The translations under genes were made by a program, and so were the position numbers. The notes under the pieces were generated by a model, which saw only the letters and a list, made by a program, of their open reading frames with translations, was not told the DNA's origin and searched no databases. Shown here piece by piece: positions 28,801 to 43,658 of a stretch of 64,000 bases of DNA. The stretch comes from Lingula anatina (taxonomy: Eukaryota > Animalia > Brachiopoda), in contig CM120646.1 of assembly GCA_051362555.1 (NCBI GenBank), positions 2,604,001 through 2,668,000 on the forward strand, in the 5' to 3' direction. Each line of letters begins with the position of its first letter. Position 1 is the first letter of the stretch.

Positions 28801-30113
28801 TGTTGAATGTGCACTGTAGCACATGAATCATTCAAAAATTACACGCTCAAGATATATCAAACATATAAATATTTTTATTTCCCCACAAGGGATATTTTTA
28901 AAACGATAACGTTCTAACATAGATACAATTATATCATTCACCAAGGGATCATTGCACATATTAACGGATTATTGTACTAGGGTACGTTAATTAAAATATA
29001 TAAATGACAGAGTTTCCATGTGGTTTGTGGTTGATGACATTTTAGGCCGACTTAAATAAAAGGGTAAACATTGCAAAGATCGAAGCTGTGCGGGTTAGCA
29101 TGTGTTTTTATACTCTGTGACATGCATATATCAGATATGCGGTCTATGTTACAAGCTTAGTACAAGTACATTCATGCGGTCGAGCATATGCATGTAAGTG
29201 TCTACGAACAACCTATATTTGCGTATTACTGAAGTTGAGAAGAGGGGGGAATGTAGCGTTTTAACCCCACCCCCCCCCTTCCCACCACCTCCAAGGCCAC
29301 GCTATTTAGTTCATTCCACCGTGCTGATAAAAACATGTAGCTTTGTTTTTATAACCCTTTCTGTTCTAGTGCACTTCAATGAGTAAATATATATGCTTTT
29401 TACCGCAAACGTAACTATTGAACGGTAGCCATATGCATCCGCTTTGGCTGCCAGCGACAATATACATGTGCATCTGGGCCTTTGCATGTGGGTCTATTGT
29501 ATGGGTGTGATGTGTGGTATCACAGTTGCATTACATACTGATGCCTAATACAAGATGCATATGACAGAGTATGAAAATAACAAAACACAGACAAATGTTT
29601 CCAAGTAGAATAGCCTATAATTTATAAACATTTGCAGCGCATACGTGCAGACACAGTTGGACTGGGCAGACTGGAAGCAACACACATACGGTTCTTTGCG
29701 GGATATAGTATATGATGGCGTACATACAGATCGAGACATAATTTCTGCTGTAATTTTAATCCGATGCTGGTGTCAGATCAGGACTAATGAACACCGGGAT
29801 TGGGTGTGGCCGATTTATTTAGCCAGGCGATATTGTGAAACCCAAGCGACCAAAGGCAGCTTGCCCAATTGTCAGCCAGTTTACCAATCGTGGAGACGGG
29901 CAAGTAAAGGTGTGGGGAAATTTTGAGACGTCCTAGCTGTCATTATCTGTACGTGACTGCAATTTCAAGTTATTTTTGCAGTACTCTGCCATGACCCCGA
30001 CGACTAGCTGCCATTGATCCCCAAACACGGAAATAAGGACGCTAGCTATTTATGGAAGGCCTCTAAAGCTCTAAGCTGCAATTGGGTCATATGTGCAATA
30101 AATTACATTGATC

Positions 30114-31166
30114 ATGGCTACTCGCACCAATGTGAATGAACAGCGGCCTCAGATGGAAGGTGAGATGTATACCAAGAATCCATGTTCAATGCACAGCAAC
30201 CCACAGACATGCAGCCGCCGTGTTGTTCGCTTTGCGTATCTCAGGCTCGTAGGGTTTTCCACGGTGTTCGTGTTCGTATTCACGGCGTGGAACGGGCTGC
30301 AGACCCTCCAGAGCAGTTTATACAGCGAGCATGGACTGGGACTTACTGTTCTGACTGTAGGTTACAGCGTCAGTGCCCTGGGCGCTTTATTCGCCCCAGT
30401 CCTGGTCGAAAAAATCGGTTGCAAGAAAGCCATCATTGCAGGCATCTGCTCAGCGATTGGCTTCTTTTGTGCCAATTTCTATCCTCGGATGTATACCCTC
30501 GTTCCTACTGTCTTCGTTTTCGGGTTGCTAGGCAACGTGTTAATGACTGCTGCTAGCTGTTTTGTGACCACCCTGGCCATAAAAGCCGCACGAGCGTCTG
30601 GAAGGGAGGAAGACATCCTAATAAGTGGATTTAATGGGACGTTCGCGTCATTCTTTAAAACCACTAACATATTTGGGAATCTCATTTCGTGGCTAGTGCT
30701 AAAACAGTCTGACCATACCGGCCAAAACCAATCGCTAGACACCAAAAATGACACATTTCTGTTCAATGTTTCCGAAATGCAGCGTACTCAGGATACAACA
30801 TCTACCATCAATGTAACTGTTTGTAGTTTATACAGCGACCCAAGCATCTTACGGAGTCTTCATTCCCACGCTAGCACTAGGTCCCCAAAACCTGACAAAG
30901 AGTTAGTCTTGCTACTTGTTGGCGTGTATGTAGCCCTGTCAGTTACTGGCGCTATTGGTGCTCTGTTTCTAATCAAAGAAGTCGATGTCCACAAAGATTC
31001 GACCCATGAAAAGCCTCCACCAGCTAAAGTAACACAGGTGTCCCAATTAAGACTTTCCATATTGTCCACTATTCTTTTGCTCCGAGAATTCAAGATGGCG
31101 GCGTTGCTGCCAATGATTGCGTGGAGTGCGATGCATTTAGGGTTCCTGTTTGCGGAATTCACAAAG
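30114..31166 (+). CDS. UNC-93-like variable exon V1 (N-terminal ~TM1-7)
   Basis: Motifs FTAWNGLQTLQSSL, ANFYP, FNGTF, FGNLISWLVL; ends FAEFTK|gtaggg in phase 0. Confidence 0.9.
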
Positions 31167-32496
31167 GTAGGGCAGCTATGTTGTAAAGATGATGGTTGGG
31201 TGTTCTTATAAACCACACTACACCTGAGTCTCGGCGCTGTGTTGTACCTTTTATTTTGGGATTAGATCTGTTGAATCGATAGAAAAGAAGCTGAAAACTG
31301 ACAGAAGAGTGTTGTTTACATTAACCAAATTAGATGCTTTGAAGTTCTCCTTCTCGATCCCTTACCTTTTTTTATTTCTTCCTTTTCCTTTTTTGTCTTT
31401 CTTTCTTTCTTTTTTCGCTTGTTTGTTCCTTGTTTTGAATTTATTTTTTTCTACGTGCTTTGGTATAGATTAGTTGTAGGCCTATTGCGACAAAATGTGT
31501 AATATACAGGTGCACGAAAACGGCGTATCTTTGAACTGTTTCAGACATTTAAAACGTGTAACTGATGTGGTAACTAATGTGTACTGCATTTATATGCTTC
31601 ATAATTACATTAGAAATGTATTTCCGTGTGTGCACTTTTCAGATAACAGATCAAAGAGGGTTGTGATAGGATTATACGGGAAACTAAAACTGAAATTGCT
31701 ATTCTCAGCTTTAATTCATTCTGGTAATGGTGTGCATGATTGACGTGGTTGTATAACGTAGTAAATACTTAAGGCTCACATACGCGCACCGAATATTGAA
31801 CTTATTAAACTATGCATTCATATGCATCATGATTGCGAAGAACGCACTGTATGGAATGTATTTAAGTGGCTGATTTCTAGGTTTTTGATTGATAGGAGAT
31901 TGTAGTACTACGGTATATTCAAGTCACGTTCACAACCAGCCGATTTTAAGACCCTCAGTCGTTCGTTCAATATTTTGTCGTCTTGTGACGTCAGTCAGGC
32001 TAGGCCCAGTTTGGAAAAATTTATCAAAGCGCCCGAGTTTGATCTACGGCACGCGACAGACTATATTTCCTGTATAGGTCGGCATGGATCGCCAAGAATT
32101 ACGCAAAATCTTTGAACACTACTGTAGTGTATGCATTGACTTGATACTGCGATGGAGTGATAGGTTATTTCAACACACTTCTCTGTATAAGAAACGCGCT
32201 GTTAATAAAAAGACGGAGAGATAATGTGCGCTGGAAAGAAGGGGGGTGTAGCATCCGGACGTTGGGCGTTTTCTTGGTCTACATTTAATCTGACGATTAG
32301 ATAGTGTCCATGTGAAAGAAAATCGTCTCTTTTGAAGAAATCCTTGATAGGGGCTAATCGGATGCGTGTTTACATTTTTCGTGTAGTTTATGGGTACGAT
32401 AACCTTTAACGGGCATTTTTTTTCTTTGTTACAGCTTGCATTTCATCACCAGTAATATAATGCAACGATAGCGATGGTTGATAACCGTTGATCGTT

Positions 32497-32531
<35 letters not shown>

Positions 32532-32567
32532 AAATTCCTCCTAAAGGGAGTGATAGTTTCAAGAATA

Positions 32568-32764
32568 TAAAACAAATGAGCATCATTTTTTAACGTTTCG
32601 GCCTAGTGCCTTCCTTAGTTTCATTTCCCGGTTTTCTTACTGTTTTCACTTTGAATGATTGGTTTTTCTTTGAAGGGAAAATGTAGTTTACAAGGAAATC
32701 GGGAGATAAGACTGAGGAAGGCACTACTGGGCCGAAACGTTTGACATTGGTGTTCATATTTTTA
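32568..32764. mobile_element. Inverted pair of Penelope-like terminal fragments with hammerhead-like core
   Basis: CTGAGGAAGGCACTACTGGGCCGAAACGTT at 32712-32741 on plus. A related CTAAGGAAGGCACTAGGCCGAAACGTT lies on minus at ~32592-32618. Confidence 0.45.
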
Positions 32765-32927
32765 CACTGTCATATTTAGGTTTATCAACAAGGGCATTTT
32801 GGCTAATCATTTTGTGGTTAGGATATCATTGAAGAGCATACATGTAGTAACAATTTACATTATGTTTTTTGATAGTCAGCAAGTTGAATTATATCAAACG
32901 CTATGATAGGCGCTGGTTATATCAATA

Positions 32928-32968
<41 letters not shown>

Positions 32969-34836
32969 GATGATGATCTGATGAAAAAAAGAACGGTTGA
33001 TAAATCAAACGGATTAAATCACGGCTTCGAGGTTTAATTGCTAGACCCCTGAAAGGAAGGCGAGTGTGGAGGCTTGTAGACCATCAGATGTTAGCGACAT
33101 CGCTTTTAAGTGTGTCGGCCATATTTAGTCGGCGGATCAGTTAGTCCGCGGATCAATTTGTTCTGAATGAGCTGTAAGTTAGATAGATTGCCTCAGACTC
33201 ATTACATGTATGTTTATATCTTGGTGAATACCCACCAAACCATAACACCCAGGATTAACACGTTTTAAATTTAAATGTAACAAAGATATAACTTTTTGAA
33301 AATACCAATACTTATTCTTTGGTCATTTAGGAATGCTATGGTATAGCCAAAACTGGTCATTAAGTTACGATCTATATATCGGGTGAACGTTTTCAGACAA
33401 GTTTTGAGTTATAGGGAAATTACAGGAAAATCATTTTGCGCCTTTTTTTTCTACATAAACATCAAAGAGGCACTGTTTGCCTCTAAATGTACCAAGTCTC
33501 ACTATATAATAAATGTGGTAACCTTGAACTGTGAAATACACTATCAATCTCATTTAATGTGTTTTGGGCGGACAGACAGATAAACTGTATGCTCTCGGAT
33601 AGAGGAGTTACTCATCAACAACCACAAAAAAAGGCGAGAATTTTTAAACATGTATTTTGGTCTGATGAAGCACAGACAGAAACCACACGGACACTTACAT
33701 ATATATGTTCTACTTACAAAACACCTACAGGAACGACAGGCATTCAGAACTGGCCGTGTTTTGTTAGCTGTTCCGAATATCTACAAACAAATAGATCATG
33801 CATTGGCAGGATTTTGTTTTTCTGTTCCGAATAACTACAAACACAAAGATCAGACATTGACAGACAACGGCATCGGCTTTCGTCAGCTGAAGATCCGATG
33901 TTTTTGTTAGACGAAATAATAACACTCCATTGGCAGTCCCAGAATTTCCCCATGGGTTGGGGGCAAAAGGACAAAAACTTGCGTTGAATGTTGTCGCCGG
34001 GTTAGCTAGTATGGTATAATACACTAGGAAATATTTAATGCGTTAAAATATGTGAGACTATGGAGATAGTGCTTGGTTTTGTCCTTTGCGGGAGGAGGGG
34101 GATGATGGGGTACTTCAGTACCCAGCTTAGGGAGGGGCACGTTCCTTTAGTATCCTCCCCTGGTTCTATAATTGCATTGTGACGATACATTATTGAAAGT
34201 CAAAAGCGCTAGACGTGAAAATTGCGCGTATATTTGCAAGCGCGTTAACGTTCAGGTTCGTGGGTCAATCAATCGCATCATTGCCCGTGTCATGTGCTCA
34301 TAATATAGATTTTGTGTGGGGCCCTTAGTTATGCCTGAAGTTCCGCAGTTATATAACTCTAGCTGGGGCCACTTGTTATACTGTAATATTGAAAATTAGT
34401 GTCGGTATAGGATTGTGGGGCCTGAAGCTATCACTGCCTTTTGTGGTTATTGTTTTGAAATTCCTGATGCGCGTCTAAAGTGGGTAATTCAGACATTATT
34501 GGTGTAGAAAGGCGTATTTTTATATCTTTTGTTAGATTAACCCAACTTGTGCTAAATATTGTATGCCTAGAGTCAATCAGATCAGTTTTTTTCAGATCAG
34601 AACCAGATCAGTCTTTTCTATGCAAATTGTTTTGACAGGTGGGGACTCACATGTTTGTTGAAGTTGCTGCCCGGTCATCTCTTTGTCATTTGGTCTTCAA
34701 AACAATAATATGAGACCGAAGAAAACGAATCTCTGTATGCACGTGCGTATCTGGTACACTGTTGTCGGACAACACAAAAGTGGTCCAAACCCATGATCAT
34801 GAGACGCTTATTGCGTTAGGTTTAGGAAGTCCATAC

Positions 34837-35045
34837 GGGGCTCATTCCCAATGAAACTATCGGTCTACTTAGATCGATCCAACTCCGCTGGGACTCACGC
34901 TGAATGCTATCAGACTGACAGATTAATCAGTTGAGTAAAAAACACCGAAAAGTTAGCGAAGAAACGAGTACGAGGAGAAGCGTTGGTTGCTCTACGGAGT
35001 TGGATCGAACGACGTAGAACGGCAGTATCTTTGGGAATGATCCCC
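34837..35045. mobile_element. Harbinger-like MITE, copy 1
   Basis: Termini are GGGGCTCATTCCCAATGAAACTATCGGTCTAC...GATCGATCCAACTCCG and CGGAGTTGGATCG...TTGGGAATGATCCCC. It is related to 46569-46808. Confidence 0.7.
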
Positions 35046-36716
35046 TAGAGGGCGACTGACGCCGTTTGCGCATGCGTTCACCTGCCTGTGATGTACAGCG
35101 CCCGTGGGTATTTCAATTACACGGTCGACTTGACTTGGAGTTACGCGTCTTTTTTTCTGCTTGAATATATCTGTCTCCCTCGCCCAACAAACAATGTCAT
35201 AATGACAGCACTTAGCCAACAGTTGATTCCCATATTTTTCACATTAAAAGTATAATTTGCAATGAACACGAAATTCACGGGCATTTTACGAAGGCGTGAT
35301 AATAATTTGTTTTCATGTTTAATAACAGGGCCTGTCGTTTTTATTGAATTCAGCACTACCGATATGTACACAGAAGGTCACTTTCCCTAATACCTACAAA
35401 ATACATGCTTTCCTTTAGTAAACGTGGGGGAGGCTGAGATTAAATGATAAAACGAGAATTAACCACTCCACTCGAATAAAATCAATAAAAATCCCTCCCA
35501 AATTTGTGTCAGCTGTAAACAGACCAAACACTCTATGTGGATTGATTAATATACAGTGCAAACATGTTTACAGTGATCAGCTTTAAAGCCCTCCTCGTTT
35601 ACTTTAAACGCTGATTTCCAGCAGATTTAAATAATTCACAAATCCCAATCAAACGTGTGGCAAATGATGTACGGCCTGACACGTGTGATTATAATGCCTG
35701 AATGAATAACCTGTCACAAATCAAGCCTTTGAAATAATGCATGAATTCTGACACTTGTAAGATGGGGAAACGCTATTCCTCTGACATAACACTTATTTAC
35801 TAATAATCCCATGTAAGGCATGTAACATATTGGCTATTAGCGCCACGTGGTTTCACCAAGCTTTTCAATCTGCAGAGGCCGTCACAATGTGGTACATTAT
35901 GGTTCAACGCTTACAAAGTAATAGTGACCACTACTATACTGACCGCCATGGACATTAGGCTTGTGGAGTGGACAGAAGGATAGTACGGCTACACTTAGGA
36001 CCCCAGCACACAGCTTTTCTACGCTGAGTTATTTCACATTAAGGCATCCTCCAGTTTGAAATGGCACCACTGACGTTGGTTGTGCATGGATCGCGTATAT
36101 CTACATGTAGATGAATTCTCAGCAGTGTATATGTACTTGTAAGCGCTTGCTACATATGTGTTGCTTAGCAGTCTCAAATAACAGGTTTGGAGCAAAATAA
36201 GTTCTAGATAGAGAATCGGGTCTCTTCGTTCTGTTGGCAGTACCTGGAAGCTTTCGGTCTCTAAACTGATTTTTATCTTTATGACACATGAGACTCGATG
36301 AAGGACCTACTTGTGAACATTATCTAAATAATTTTATCAGTTCTTTAATCCACTGCGTCAAGAGTGCATTTTCCATGAGCATTTTTCATTTCGGATTTTG
36401 TTTACTCGATCGTCCGAGAACGCAACTTTTGCTGCTGAAGTAATATCTAACGCAGTTCAGGGGACGCCATGGCTGTCACCCCGGAAACCCAACTATTATA
36501 CTTTCGGTTGTGCGGCTGAGAAAGATCATGTGCATACAAAAGTAGACACAGGACTGGAGAAGTTTAAAGTCTAGTCCATCGCATCTTAAAACAACATACA
36601 ATCATGCAGTACAAAACGTACGCATTAACAAACTGAGGCCACAGTTGTCACTTGCCCTCGGATAAACTTTGGACGACCAAGCTAAAATACTGTACATAAT
36701 TATCAGTTTAACAGAG

Positions 36717-37658
36717 ATGGAGCAGACGACGAAGTTTACGGCGGATTGTGGTGTCTCAGTACGGAAAGGATATCCGTCTCTCTCGCGGTTAATTCGAAAG
36801 ACCTACATCAACTTGGGAACGATATCTGCAATAGCCGTCGTTGTGTATAATGCCTGGTCGGGCCAACAAAACCTCCAGAGCAGCCTGAACTTCGAAGATG
36901 GCATAGGAGTTATATCTCTCAGCATATTCTACGCTGCGTCGATTGCATCCTCTTTGTATGCGCCGCTAATGGTGGACAAATTGGGCCCAAAGAAGTCGAT
37001 ACTGATTTCTGTAAGTGCGGCACTTTTGTATTACGCTGCTAATTTCTACCCCACAATGTATACACTCGGTATCGCAGCTCTGTTGTATGGGTTGGTCTCC
37101 ACGCCGTTCTTCACATGTCTGGGCTACATCATTACTACGGCTGCTTTAGACAACGCAATCCTTACGGGCAGGGACGGGGACGTGGTAATAAGTCGCTTCA
37201 ATGGCATTTACTGGTCACTTTTTAAAACGACACACATAACCGGAAACATGATTTCTTGGTTGGTTCTAAGCCAAGCGAAACACAAGGTAGATAACGGCAC
37301 GTATTTTGCCGAAACCCGGAACGAGAGCGCCGACGGTTTCTCGGTGTGCAGCGTCCGCAGTTGTCCGGATACTTGGGAAACAGCTCATCTGCACTCCGAA
37401 ACAAACTCTCCTCGGCCGGAAAAGTCATTAGTTTACACTCTGTTGGGTATCTACCTTGCCCTGGTAGTGACTGGGATTCTTATCACAGTTGTGGCTCTCA
37501 AAGAACCAAACCGGAAACAAAACGATAAAGCAGACGATACAAAGCAGATGATGTTCGCTACGGTGATCCTTTGGCGGGATTACAAGATGGCGCTGCTTCT
37601 TCCGTTATTCGTCTTTAATGGGGTCCAGATGGCTTTTCTTTATGCAGAATTTACAAAG
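36717..37658 (+). CDS. UNC-93-like variable exon V2
   Basis: Motifs QQNLQSSLN, ANFYP, FNGIYW, GNMISWLVL, CSVRSCP; ends YAEFTK|gtgagg in phase 0. Confidence 0.9.
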
Positions 37659-39487
37659 GTGAGGCGTGCATGTGATCGTGTGCTATCTTTAGCTAAAAGC
37701 TGTATTCCACAATCTGTATTCCGAGATAACCTAAAAAAGAGGCTGTCTGCGCTGCTTGACGTCATGCGAAACTAAAAGTCGCACGAGAATCCGCGTGACT
37801 TGGGGTTAACTTTTCAGCAGTAAGGTTGAAACTCTTTGCTCCGGGGATGTCGTTTTAGAAACTAATACCAAAGTTATACGAAAAATATGATACTCATTCG
37901 CATTGTCTTGCAACAGACTAATTCGACAAAGCTTCAGAGATATCAAATAGAAAATTGTCTGTGGATGACTTCTGTCTGGCTTTTAAGTTTCCTCCCCACA
38001 CTAGTTCCTCTGTCATTATTTTTATCACACGCTCCGTCAAATCCCGCGAAATGGCATTAAATTTTACGGTGGCGGCGAGATTTTGTGTGATCACGGATGA
38101 TTCTATCATAGAAAAAATACCCTTTTTCTTCAATGGTAATTATTGTAGGATAATATACGCAATGTCAAGTGTATGTAAGAAAATGTGGTCTACCACTACC
38201 TTATCTATCCTATGCTCTATATGTTTGAATTTTCTTTGTTTCTGAGTTGATGCGTGCTTTGGTACAGCGGAAGTGGGGGTGGTGGAAAATGAAGGAAAAT
38301 GATTTCCAACTCTTTCTCCCCCACGCCTACTCAGATCACCGAAGGCGGTCGCAGATGTATAGGTGAAGTATTGTGGGCTGTTGTATGGGAATATCGACGG
38401 ATGCACAAAGCGCAACCTGTGAGAAGTCAGTCATTCTGTGCCGCGTCATATTGAAGATACTATGCTTGATTTAAATGAATTGCACTTGGCTGGGAATTGC
38501 ATTCGCAAGACATACATAGTTCTTTTGATTTTTTCTTTTTCTTTCTCTCTATATCTTTTGTATTTTTTTTCTTTTTTTGTCACATATGCCCTTTGCTTTG
38601 AATGTTTTTCTATCCACTGCAATAACAAGGGAAACCAGGCGCTTTTTCTGTCCTGTGCAGTACATTTTTGAGTTCCCATCAACTAACCTGTTTTATATAT
38701 TTCTTTTGTGAACAGTGTAATTAAAAAGCGTGTATCATTGCGAAGATTAGTATAGTTTGTTACTTATATTGTTATTTTGTATTTTGTAGTAGTTAGCGAG
38801 CCTGTAAATGTAAACCATTTCTTTGTGCTCAATTAATTATTATTATTATTATCACTATATAGAGCTAACAGAGCTTACTCCTGGATCAGTGGTTATCATC
38901 TGGGCTTGTGAAATACGCAGAATCCAGAGATAACCTTTTCCAAGTGCTCTAGCTCTTATATCTTGGACGGATAAACTGGGCAAATGTTTACCCGAATGCA
39001 GTTGTCATGAAAAGAAGATGCCGTTTTTCAAGTCCTGTCGTTTAATTTGTCCATCACTTGTGTCATAGTGTATCACTGGTGCGAACAAACAGGTTTGATT
39101 ATTTTTAATTAAACACCATTTTTGTCTCTCTACCCCTACAGACCTAGTTAAGTCACAAGATGTGCTCGTTCCATATTAAATAGCTTTCCTCAAACACGAG
39201 TTACAGGGTGTAATTTATGCTTGCTTCACTAAAGGTTATTCCCCTGTACGAGTTACGCCTGCATAATAAACTATCAATGTGTTTCACCTGGTAAACTTTA
39301 GGAACGTGTACTTCGCGCTATATCAGTTCAGCTTATCAAATACATGTAGCTTACCAATTACGTAAACATGCTTTGATATTGTTCATAACAAGACTGATAT
39401 CTGAGCTAATGTCAGCAAAAGGGAAAAATGATAAATGAAATAATTATTGTAATTATAATGATACATAAAAAATTAAGGAGTAAAAGC

Positions 39488-39527
<40 letters not shown>

Positions 39528-40292
39528 AGGTACGCATTACATTTCGAAATGCATTCGAATTCGTTTAGGATTAAATGTTAATATATACCAGTGGACGTTT
39601 GAATTAGTTGTGTCAAAATGCCCAATGTTGTGTAAATATGTAATCTGCAACATGCGGGTGAGAGAAGGACAAATGCACTATTGATCGTCTAGTTTGTGTA
39701 AACCTTATCGACAGTCAAACGTAAAGGTATACTTGGTAAACAGAATCACACGAGAGCGTCATCCGCCACCCAAGGTTCCTGCAACCCAAATAAATACACT
39801 AGTTTGCAACTAGAAAATCAAAGGCTTCTCCGATCTCGCGATTACCACATATATGCCTAAAGCACTCCTCCTCGCCATACAATTCAAATATCAGATAACA
39901 AATGAAGCAATTTAAATGCTACACAAATGACTACACCGACTAAATTAATTCAAACTGCCTGGTCGCACCTCCCCTTGTTTTTCTAAAGCTCCGTATATAA
40001 TGTGGCCGACACACTGCGCGACCTCAAATGAAATATGCCCTTTGGCCTAATTGTTTATCAATGCTGTGAGCGCTACTGAGTATGAGTACACAGTAAAATA
40101 TATCATTCTAGTAGATTGAAATTACGGTCGTTTTCTTATATCAAGGTCAAGCTTAGGCGCGGGTCGATGCACATTGGTTTGAGATGACAGCAGGCGTGAT
40201 CAACTGTTCGGATAATTAACGTACAGTCTACCGTGTCCGGAGTGCGTCGACCTACCTCCTAGTACAAGCACACCGGTACCTGTGTCAACACG

Positions 40293-41378
40293 ATGGCTGA
40301 AACTGTGTCCTTGAATAGCGAGGGTAAAGCTGGTGTTATGGGCGAGTCCGACACGTTACAGGAATTTCCTCAATCTCGTGATCTATCCGGGGTCTGTAAA
40401 CCCGTAGACGAACACGCAGATGATTCAGATACCGACTGCAAGCCGTCAGGGATGGACGAAGAGGATTTACGCGTAAAGATCCGGAGAACATATCTGGATC
40501 TGGCTGTGATTACTATTATATTCACTGTGGTTTTTAATGCATGGCACAGCCAGCAGAATCTACAGAGCAGCCTCAATTTTGAAGGCGGCCTTGGTGTAGC
40601 AGCTATGAGTGTATGCTACGGGGCTGTGATTGTATCGTCTTTCTATGCACCGTACGTTCTCGTGAAGCTAGGGCCCAGGTATACCCTGCTTATCTACCTC
40701 GGCTGCGGTCTCTTGTTTTACGCCTCAAATTTTTACCCCAAGTTTTACACCATGATCCCTGGGGCCCTGTTATTCGGGATACTGGGGACGCCTATCTACG
40801 CCGCCCAGGGGTACATCGTGACCACCGCTGCCATCCAAAACGCCGCCCTCACCGGACGCAACGAGGACGAAGTTATAAGTACGTTTAACGGCGTTTTCTG
40901 GTCCTGCTTCTACACAACCCAAGTCTCGGGAAATTTGCTCTCTACGTTAGTGCTACAGGAGTCGGAGCATAATCGATATTCGGAGAGGAACAGTTCGCTG
41001 GGAAATGGCTCAGTCGGTCTCGGGGATAGCTTTTTCAATCGAACCCAAACGCAATCCGTCTGTAGCATTCACAGCTGCCCTGATAATTGGGTGATGGGAC
41101 ACATTCACTCTGAGACGCAGTCCCCGCGTCCGGAAGATCATTTGGTCTACATCTTGGTCGGGACTTACTTGGGACTGGTTGTGATTGGGATGTGCATTAC
41201 AGCGTTTGCCCTGAAAGAGCAAGAAGTGGAACACGATGTAAAGGCCACGGTGCACGAGACGAAGGAGCTGCTTCTGGCGACCTTCACCCTTATGAAAGAC
41301 CCCAATCTGTTTTTAATGATTCCATTGTATGTCTTCAATGGATTCCACATGATATTTTTGTTTTCGGAATTCACAAAG
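40293..41378 (+). CDS. UNC-93-like variable exon V3
   Basis: Motifs QQNLQSSLN, SNFYP, AQGYIVT, GNLLSTLVL, CSIHSCP; ends FSEFTK|gtacgt in phase 0. Confidence 0.9.
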
Positions 41379-41874
41379 GTACGTCATTTTTTATATTCAA
41401 AACAATTTTTCGATAAATAAATGATTTGTTGAAAGATCCAAGGCAGAATTATAATAAGAAAATAAAATAATAAACCTTTCGAAATGACCAGTCCGTCAAA
41501 GTCAGTCACAGCGTTCTTATAAATTCTCACCAAAATGAATGCCGAGGCAGGCACGTACATTGTGTAATCTATTTTCACAACCTGGTTGAGTTTCCTAGCT
41601 GCTTATATATGCATTCAAACTGAATCTTTCATTCTGCAGATTCCTAACCCTTTTGTCTTACTACCCTAAAAATCGAGTGAATTTGTATTTTTTCTAAAAT
41701 GAAGTTAGCAGATGAGCTTACTTGCAATATATCACAATGAACGATATCAGTTGCATATTTAACCAAAGATAGCTGTAGTGAAAAACCTAACATTATAAGA
41801 ACTGTATGGAGTTTTAGGTTTCCTTCCGTGAACCCTTGTAAATGTAACTGTTAAGATCAGGTAGATACATCTAT

Positions 41875-42027
41875 CAGGCCCTTAGCCAACAAATTCAGAA
41901 GGGGGGGTCTTTTTCTGAAATAGTGGACCTTTTACAATGAAGTTTATGTGTACCTATATAAAATTTTACCCAAAACGAACCTTTTTCTTTCGAACCCACC
42001 GCCCCCCCCCCCTTGGCTACGGGCCTG
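41875..42027. mobile_element. Short MITE with CAGGCCC-TAGCCA termini
   Basis: Termini CAGGCCCTTAGCCA and TGGCTACGGGCCTG are flanked by the direct repeat TCTAT. Related partial ends occur near 20183 and 42849. Confidence 0.7.
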
Positions 42028-42122
42028 TCTATGTTAAAAGGTTACTCTTATTGGCGATCGAAAACTCATTCTGATGAAACCCCCGTCATAGTTTGATAGA
42101 TATTAGATACTTGTAGGTAAGG

Positions 42123-42125
<3 letters not shown>

Positions 42126-42194
<69 letters not shown>

Positions 42195-42322
42195 TGTGTG
42201 AGTGTGTGTGTAAGTGTGTGTGTGTGTGTGTGTGTGTAAGTGTGTGTGTGTGTATGTGTGTGTGTGTATGTGTGTGTGTGTGTATGTGTGTGTGTGTGTG
42301 TGTGTGTCTGTGTGTGTGTGTG
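42126..42322. repeat. (TG)n microsatellite, ~200 bp
   Basis: Direct inspection. Confidence 0.95.
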
Positions 42323-42872
42323 AGTGAGGGGGGGAGGGGGGAGGGGATAGGAGGTCATTTCCTCTTCCCCTCCCCCATTTTATTCAACCGTGTCAGCCAA
42401 GAGTGATAATTGGACATCTTTTTTGTCAAATGTTTATAAATAAGACAATCACGTTACGAAAAAGACAATCATTCATTAAACAGTTCTATCAATATAAACT
42501 CTGCATTTTCTTCCTCTGTTTCTGATATTTTAACTCTGCCTGTCAATGCAGATATTATTAATATGATATAATATTGATTAATGTTTGTTATTCAGCGCTG
42601 TTGTTTGAACTTTCTCTTTTCTCGAAAAGTTAATTTTTTTGTCGTGTTTATGGTTCAGTGGTGCATTTTGAGTCATTAGAATAAAGATGTGGTCATTTTG
42701 ACCGTCCTGTGGTCAAAAATCACAATGTCTTTATTTTACATTTTGACGAAAGAAGACATAATTCAGTGTATTATTGTTACTCTTGAAATAGTACTGATTG
42801 CAATAAGCAGAACAATTTAGTAGTATATGAACTGTAAACCCCAAGTTGCAAGCCCGCAGCCAGCAATTTCAA

Positions 42873-42903
<31 letters not shown>

Positions 42904-43626
42904 TTTTTCTAAACAAGTGTACGTCTACCATGAAACCTTCGTGTACCTAAATCATTTTTTACCCAGAGTGGACCTTTTACAAGTTAGACACATCTATATA
43001 ACACATGCCAAAAACTAACTAGTTACTGAACATCTTTTGATATGCCACCATGCAAATCAAAACACAGGTGATCGCGGTTTATTGAGCTACTGTAGATAAC
43101 CGTATAATACTGACAACAACCGTGCATGTCAGCTGGTGACGCACGTGCAAACAATGAACCATCACAGTTAATCAGCATTGATGAAATTACCTATTTTCTG
43201 ATTTATTTATTTTCAATAACAATTGTTTGTTTGACACGGTGAGACAACTAATCATAAGTGACCTACTGGTTTTCTCACCGGCAGTACCCAGTACCCCAAC
43301 ACGTGCACCCCACTGTTAGTAAACAAACCGCTGCACCACTGCCCTTCACTAGCTCCCTCCGCCAGAGGTCACACGCTGTATCACACCTGTATCTGGGCCT
43401 GAAATAAAATCTGCAGTAGTTAACACCCTAGGCTGTTAGTCGACACCAACATTTTCATAGGCAACATATAAAAATGTCAAAAAAAAAAAAAAAAAAAAAT
43501 GAAAAAATTCACACAAGATAAAAATGTCGACAACTGTCTTTCAGACGTAGATCGCCCAGACAACTGTGGCATGTTGGAGACTTAATATACATTTTAGCAA
43601 AAAATCATATTAAGGTTAAATGTGTG

Positions 43627-43658
<32 letters not shown>

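Noticed and set aside
42086-42406. THTH/CVCV ORFs (also near 49420-49652 and 54264-54531)
   Set aside because: These are translations of microsatellites.
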